Shown here: positions 1 through 6,829 of the stretch, piece by piece | How the letters are laid out: each line of letters starts with the position of its first letter | Position numbering within the stretch: the first letter of the stretch is position 1 | Assembly: GCA_016748015.1 (NCBI GenBank) | Contig: JAAOMT010000335.1 | Coordinates: forward strand, 1 to 12,586 | DNA length: 12,586 nucleotides | Direction: 5' to 3' | DNA from: Geosiphon pyriformis uo1 | Lineage: Eukaryota; Fungi; Glomeromycota | Program-made: the position numbers and the translations under genes | Notes under the pieces: generated by a model | The model's input: only the letters and a program-made list of their open reading frames with translations | What the model was told of the DNA's origin: nothing | Database searches by the model: none

Positions 1-640
1 TAGATGGGATGGTGGTGTGGGCATATGGGTGGTAAGGGGGCTACATTGGGGTATAGAGGTGGATATGGTGGGATAATTGGGTATGGGGCATGTGGGCACA
101 TTTTGACATGTTTGGTCTGGGTCTGGGCATATGGGGCCACATGGGGAATCTTGGGTATAGTGTGATTGGGGCCACATCGTGGCTATGGGGTAGAATATGG
201 GCATATTGTGGTAGTATGGGGCCACATGGGCTACAATAGGGGATGGGCATATGGGGAATGGTTGTGGTATGGGCATATTGGGGACTCTGGTTTGAGAGGG
301 CTACAATGGGATATGGGCATAGGGGCTACAATTTGGTGTGGGTGGTGGTATTGTGGGATAGCGCATATTGGGTGGTATCTGGCGTGATATGGGTATTGGT
401 GGCAGGTGCCACATGGTGGTTAGGGTTGCCACATTGGGCATATCGTGAGTATGGGCCACATCTTGGCAGATATGAGCTACATAGTGGTATAATGGGACAT
501 CTAGGGCAACATCCTGTTGCATATGGGTATTGGATGCCACATAGGGCATATCGGGTGGTGTATATGGGTATAGGGCAATGGTTGGGATAGGGATAGGGTA
601 TAGTGGGATATGGGATACCTCTAGTGGCATAGGGACTACA
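1..640 (+). repeat. Distal end of the G/T-skewed arm (also shown at 10187-10826)
   Basis: Same vocabulary as 6830-10186. The first 60 nt contain 29 G, 16 T, 12 A and 3 C. Composition switches abruptly at ~640. Confidence 0.9.
463..493 (+). promoter_or_regulatory. Possible sigma70-type promoter upstream of the structured region
   Basis: TTGGCA (463-468), a 19-nt spacer and TATAAT (488-493) with the extended TG (TGGTATAAT), ~155 nt upstream of unit 1 on the RNA strand. It could be chance in this composition, and the host domain is unknown. Confidence 0.2.
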
Positions 641-649
641 TGGATACTC

Positions 650-3125
650 AGCCTCATGCTTTACACCATCATGGTGGATGGTAACCCGACTAACTCGTAA
701 GTCATTCCGAATTAGCCCATACTCTACCCGCCCCGGGTAGTACGGTTGTGGAAGGCTTCAGCATCCCAACCCTAACTTTCTATTTGCCCCTCGGCCGTAC
801 CAAACGGCCTGAGGGTACTGCTAAGGGTTCGCCTTTGGTTGAAACAAAGGGTACAACCCAAAAGCTATCGGATAGTACTCTGGTTAGGAGCCTATAAGGT
901 CCGATTTAAGTCACAACCTTGTAGCATAACCTCCCAAACCTATCCTATGAATTAGGAAATGGATAAGATGGTTGTTATAGGAAACTATAAGATTTGAGAT
1001 AGAGTGGTGGATATGGTTAGGAGCACATGGTTAGTACTAGAGACAGGTCCCATCAAACCTCTTACTTAACCAAACAATCCCCTCCATGAACTGGTAATCC
1101 ATAATTATGGGTAGTCTTAGCTTGTCAGTCTCCGCTGCGGATGGCAAGACCCGTAACATGGTACTATACCATTGCGGCCAACCAACTTACTTCAACAAGC
1201 CCCCCATAACCTGAAGTCAGATCCTTTCGGGAAACCGAATAGTCTTTCTAAAGGTCCTTCATGAACACTGTCTAGTGGGGTGCTGACCATGATGGTTACT
1301 CCATATCCATACAGTGATTCAACTGTGCACTCTTCCCAATACGTTACAAGGGGGTGTGTAAGGTATTGGATGGACCACGCTGTACTCTCCCCGAACTCCC
1401 AAAGTTCATAGGTACAGGGCCCATTCGACTTTAACACCTATACTCTTGAGCAGCTTAGATAGGTCCATAACTGAGTAGTACGTTGGTAATATTGGTACTT
1501 TCAAAGAATACCTCCTCCTAATCACAAACCTCCCAAACATTTGGACCCGAAGTTTATCCTTAGAATGGTGCTTTATTTGGTAGGCTTCTATGGGTTACCA
1601 TAACCACACTACACACACCAAACCAGTCATCACATCTCACCAGTGTATTGGGTGCCTAAAATTAGAAACAGGCATCCGATCATACCAACCCGATCCTCGG
1701 TCTATCCACAAAGGATAGGGCGGAACAGGTATGGCTAAGTAGCTTCTAGGATATACACCCCCAAGATGGATTGTTGTCCACGCTTTGGCATAGTTCGGTG
1801 GCATGGTCAGATTCCTATCCCAATAGGAACCCCCCCACCAACCGGTTATACCTACCACTATTGCTTTAGACATGGCCGTCCGGTACACTCCCTAGGGGTT
1901 AGGGTAATGTACACTTCGGCCGTGGACACATCGGGGTCCCTTCCTACACTGAGGTATGCTTAAAGGATTGAGGTATCCTTGGACGGCATGAAGGGCCACA
2001 CGTGTGGTCATATAACTCAGTTCAGCCTTCCCCACTATTCAATGGTTATTGTGGGAGAAAGGCTTAGCCTAATCCTACATTAACCTTAACTGGGGGTTAG
2101 GGTAAATGGGAATTGGACTCCGATCCACGTATATCCCTGTATCGCTACCCATCTTATCTGTCACAGCCAAGGAACCAGTACTCTTACCCTCTCCAAATAT
2201 GGATTGGGTGTAGACAGATTATTCGGACTTACAGTACTACTCTCTTCATAAAGAAGGAGTTCTACCATAACTCAGTTACCTATACTTTAAGCTATAGGGA
2301 TAAGCTCTTGTAGTAATAGACTTAAGCCAACCGAACTCCCGTCCTCCTAAGGAAGTGTCCAGGTGCATAGTAGGTAGTCCATTGGGATGGGAACCCCCCC
2401 ATAGCACGGCAGCTCTGAGTGGTAACCACCATTTAGACTGTACGTGTCTCTAGATCCCTCCATTTGGCCCCTAATACGTCTGGAAGGCGTCGAAGGGTAT
2501 CCTCCTCCCCAGGTAACACGAATCCCCTGTACAACACCCTTACCCCCCCCCAAATTGGGGGGATAAGAAAGGGATTGCGATTACTCGCCATTACCTTACT
2601 CTTGCCTAATCGATGATTAGGCTGGAGTGGACAGGCTGGTTGGCTATCCACCAACTGTAAGATTCCTCAGTAATGAGAACTCTTAAATACTCCCCTTACA
2701 ATGGGGTTGATATTTGACCAGTTGTGGAGAACCTACCACTTGTCCGGGTACAGGGCTCGTAATACCTGGGGGGAACTATGTACCACTGTAATGTTACCAT
2801 CCCCACACTGAACCATCTATTGTGGCCAGGCGTAGGCAGTGGGACTGTATCCTTAGCCTTAAAGCTATGGTTCATGTAGGAACCCACGTGGTTCCCTTCC
2901 TATTGCCAAACAACCCCATGATGATTACAGTAGGTTACATTGAACACACACTTCTGGACTAAGGTTTGAGAGGACCTATAGGGTAAACCTTACCATAGGC
3001 ACCTTAGTCCCTTCCCCGGGATAAAGGTTCATCCGGTACAAGTAGTGGGGATCTCCCAGACTTGCTCAGGAAAGGGGGGCTTGTGCTGTAGCTGCATGTA
3101 CCAAACCAACTGTACACGTCTACAT
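650..3125 (+). ncRNA. Large structured RNA unit, copy 1 (~2.48 kb; A part 650-2657, B part 2658-3125); family unassigned
   Basis: Dense hairpins: CCCTC-GGCCGT-accaa-ACGGCC-t-GAGGG 788-815, TTATAG-gaaa-CTATAA 975-990, TTCGG-gaaa-CCGAA ~1226-1239, CTCA-gtaa-TGAG 2666-2677. Long-range helices ATGGTAACCC 678-687 / GGGTTACCAT 1592-1601 and AGAGTG 1001-1006 / CACTCT 1328-1333. Colinear anchors are shared with copies 2 and 3. Confidence 0.72.
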
Positions 3126-5399
3126 AGCCTGCATGCCTTGACACCATCATGGTGGATGGTAACCCATCGTCGGGAACAATACGATCTATGCTTAGTACCA
3201 CCCCACCCCCTTTTTAATGGGGCGATTGACCTTGGTAGCCTAAAGCATCCCGTCTCAATACGAACTTGCCCCCCCCCTCGGGTACCAAACCCTGAGGTGG
3301 AGGACAGCCAAGGGTCCCTGTATAGTATGGCGCTATACCATATCGGAGCCCTATTGATTAGATAGGTACTAATGTACGATTTGTCTAACCTGGTAGCTAT
3401 ATCATGCTACACCTTACTTCCCTTGTTAAATACAGGGATAGGTAAGTATGGAATCTGATCTAGTTTTACTGCACTAGCAGATTAGAGATAAAGTGGTATG
3501 GTCAATCGGGTCCTAAATAGATTGAATCTATAAAGGATACCCAACCCCCCCCCCCCCCAACTTTAACCACCACTCTTCTCCTAACTATAAAGGGGGGATA
3601 TAGTAGGATAGGACCCCTCTACACTACCTAATGGGTACCCAAACCCATCCTGATGTGGAGGGCCCTATTCGACTTGAACATCAATTCTACTTCTATATTA
3701 TCCTGGTGGGTCCAACAGGTTAAATACAAGAATGGTATTATCCAATCACTATACCAAACAACTTCCAATCAAACCAATAACTAATATTCCCTTTGCACAC
3801 CTACCTCTTAGCTAGTGGGGGATCCTCTCTAAAGTATAGGAGGATAAGCTATTTGGAAAGTTGGGTACATAGTAATGACCTATCAAAGGGCTCTAAACTA
3901 GTTCCCAGTGCATATCCCAGTCATTAATCTAACCATAACCATTTAATATAACAATCTTGAATCCCTACTCAGCGGGGTCCTTGACGTGTCCATGCCATGA
4001 GGGATCATATGGTATATGGCCAGTGCCTGAGGCTCGTTCCACATATGGAATGAGGCAGGGATTAGGGTCATGGGAATTACCCCTTCCCACCCCAATATAC
4101 CTTTGGGTTCCTGCCACGTCCATAAGTACTCTTCTTAGAGTCTTAACCTACTCGCGGAGGGACCACCTGTAAAGGTAACCGGTACTTAATCAATAGGTTA
4201 TTGTACATTTGTTACCACCGATCCATGTTTTGATTGGGCGTCCTCCCATGGGTGGGGTTCGTCAGGATGGTCACATATGGCATACCTATCGATCATAAAG
4301 GTATTACTTACCTCTTGGTAGATAGTAAGCACCTCATATTGGCAAACTCGGACTTGGAACTGGGGCATGAGTAGGAACAACTTATACACTTGTAGATCCC
4401 TAACCTAGGGATCCCTGCCCCACACTTAGTATAGTTGGAGATATAAAGTATCAATCTACTTAAGCCCCCACACTCCCATGGCCTTAGTAGACCAACAGGG
4501 ATTTGAGTAGGTAGTCCATTTGTGTGGGACCCTACAGGATTCAGAGTCCTGTGAAGGTCCCCCCATTACAGGCTGTGTGTCCCCTGTGTCTCTATCCATT
4601 TAGGCCCCGAAGACGGTTGTCAACCGTCGCGACGGGTATCCTCTTTAACAGGCAACCCGTGTACCCTGTCCGCCATGAGAGAGGGCTCCATAACTGGGGC
4701 CCCCCAACTCTCCCTCACTACCTGGGGACCTAGGTAATGAGAGGCAATTCTACTTTATCTCACCCCTATAATTAGGGGCGGATCCCCCAATCTGGTAGTC
4801 ATACAAGGTGGGGAGTCTAATGGATAGGCTGGTGGCTCTACACCTACTGTAAGACACCCTAGTAATAGGTATTGTCCGGATCCCTTACCACCCCTTCCGG
4901 GTGATTAAAGGGGGCTTTTGGGAGATCTGATTATACCCTATAGCCGATACACAGTAGTGAATGACCTCCTGCCCGTCCGTGCAGGACAGGGTCTTGTAAG
5001 GCCTGTTATCAACTTTTATCACTGCCTGAATCCAAAGTATCCGTCTTAGGCGTTCCCATGAAGTGTGGGTATCCTAAGTGCAGTGGGATAGCAAGTTCTG
5101 GGACCATCAGCCTAATTCAGCTTCCCTGGCTCATAACCGGGGGGGTTCGGGATGGGATAATATATCCATCCAACTCTCAGTTATTACCCCTTTGGACCAT
5201 ACAGAATGGATCGTAGATGGTGCAAAGTCAACAGGAACTAAGGTCTACTTGGTGGATAGGACCCTGGTACCACTGACCTACCTCCAGAGCACTTGTGCTC
5301 TACCAATGATTAGGGTTCATGTTGTACATACTGTCTTGACAGTCTGCGGAGGGATAGGGGCTGATGGCTAAGCTGCAGTGTCCGAACCCTTGCACACCG
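3126..5399 (+). ncRNA. Large structured RNA unit, copy 2 (~2.27 kb; A part 3126-4850, B part 4851-5399)
   Basis: Exact 25-mer ACACCATCATGGTGGATGGTAACCC at 3141-3165 = 663-687. Exact 15-mer AGTAGGTAGTCCATT at 4506-4520 = 2369-2383. CCTATTCGACTTGAACA ~3664-3680 vs CCCATTCGACTTTAACA ~1420-1436. TGGATAGGCTGGTGGCT..ACTGTAAGA ~4821-4854 vs ~2628-2662. Covarying hairpin CCTA-gtaa-TAGG 4858-4869. Confidence 0.72.
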
Positions 5400-6812
5400 T
5401 CTTCATGCCCTAGGATAACTTACCAATCCTTGGTGTGATTGACTACCCCTGTCGTCCGATACTAATCGGACGGTCGGGAAACTGGGCTCCCATAGGAGCC
5501 CCAGATGGCAGGGATCCGCCTCCCACCACTCCCCCCGTTTGCCCACTCGGTGGTACCAATCCCCTGAGGGTGCGGGCGATAGCATTCTGTCTTTAAGACA
5601 GTTTGGCACTCTGCCATATCGTAGTCTGTATTGATTAGATACCTACTGAGGTCCGATTTAAGTCCACCTGTAATCCAGCCTGATTGTCCACCCCCCTTAT
5701 TATGAGGGAATGGGGAAATAGGATAGGTGACTGGTGTGACTGCCATAGCAGGTTGAGATAGGATGGCGTACTTATTACTATGGTAGGGCCAGGTCATAAA
5801 CAACCTCCCTCCCAACAGCTACTTCCTTAATCGACCCCCACCCCAACCCGGTCCCCCTCATGAGCCCCTTTACAAGCAGAGGTAACTGTACTTGTCTACC
5901 CATACACCAAGGGGGGTGGAAGATTCAGGTGTATGAGTATACGCTTACCCCCCCCCACACGGGGAGTGTGGTAGTCCGTTGACTGGCTATCCCCACCGGA
6001 GGTTCTAATGAGGTCCCATTCGATCGGTTGGGAATCGACTATATGGTAACTGATATTTGGTTTATGCCCATGGCCTCCCCAAACTATCATAGAAGATAGC
6101 CCTTTTACCCAAACCATCCTTTCCATAGCCTAACAGGAGGTGTTATATTCTGGTAGGACCATTATGGACTCCCCACTGACCTTAAACGGTCACGGGTCCA
6201 GGACCCTATCGACTTTAACATAAGGACAACTCTCTGATCCCCTAAGGTCCTAGGAACTATCACATATTTAAATGTCTGGTAGGGGTAGGAAGATAAGGTC
6301 TAACAACCTGACAATAGTACCTTCTCAGAATAAGAACCCATTGTGCCCCCCCCTCACTTTGGAGGTATGGATATGTAAGGATATCCAAGTAGGTGAGTGG
6401 TATCAATAGCCCCAAACACCGGGCCCTAGGAATATAACAGCCTAGTGCCTATGCTAATCCTCATCCGAAAGGGATCCTACTATCATGTGGTAGTCGCCCC
6501 CCAACCACCATACCAAACCTTATACACCTCATAATCCCCTAGCCTCTCTACGTTGGTATACTATCACAGGTTTATACTGAGGCCTTTCCCTACAGTACAT
6601 CTAAGGAAGTGGCAAATGTAGTGGCTGGGTAGCACTCCTTTCCCAATGGAATCCGGGGTACCCCAGAACCTGGGATCTCCTACAGCCTCATGGCGCATTG
6701 TGTTGCTACCCCTGTACAGATACCTTGTTGGGTAAACCCTCTATCATAAGGGAAGATCCTTTACACAGTACTTATGGTTATTGTGGGCTTTAGGCCCCCT
6801 ACCTAGCCGTAT
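5400..6812 (+). ncRNA. Large structured RNA unit, copy 3 (~1.4 kb; A part only, shortened middle, no B part)
   Basis: Exact 16-mer AGGTCCGATTTAAGTC at 5649-5664 = 897-912. TATTGATTAGATA 5629-5641 = 3352-3364. CCCTATCGACTTTAACA ~6204-6220. CTAAGGAAGTG 6601-6611 = 2347-2357. CCCCTGTACA ~6709 vs ~2524. Closing helix GGCTGGGTAG 6623-6632 / CTACCTAGCC 6799-6808. Confidence 0.65.
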
Positions 6813-6829
6813 AAAGGCATATTTAAGGT

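Noticed and set aside
713-775. AGCCCATAC...GTACGGTT hairpin resembling group II domain V
   Set aside because: No AC bulge or GNRA loop, and not conserved in copies 2 and 3.
1370-1430. CC(T)ATTCGAC resembling a group II intron 3' end
   Set aside because: The candidate branch A has a U opposite it in all three copies, and no domain V lies upstream.
2417-2463. GAGTGGTAAC...GATCCCTCC resembling a 16S 3' end and anti-Shine-Dalgarno
   Set aside because: Both parts are explained by local hairpins (TCTGAGTGGT/ACCATTTAGA; GGGACC/GGTCCC in copy 2), and the sequence is not conserved between copies.
4230-4266. Minus-strand CUGACGA (and CUGAGGA near 2664-2670) as hammerhead cores
   Set aside because: No stem II followed by GAAA in either case, and no CUGANGA found on the + strand.
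5001-5020. Reverse complement GATAAAAGTT-GATAACAGGC resembling the LSU peptidyl-transferase region
   Set aside because: The intervening bases are missing, the flanking universal motifs are absent, it is not conserved in copy 1, and it lies on the strand opposite the inferred RNA.
1192-6126. Short ORFs (63-117 aa) in the structured region, including possible stop-codon reassignment
   Set aside because: No recognisable motifs, not preserved between the three paralogous copies, and aligned segments differ by 1-nt indels.
650-6812. Extrachromosomal rDNA circle (size and transcribed-region/spacer layout would fit), tRNA genes or a CRISPR array
   Set aside because: Universal rRNA motifs are absent and the region is internally triplicated. 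I saw no cloverleaf with a T-loop and no regularly spaced identical repeats.
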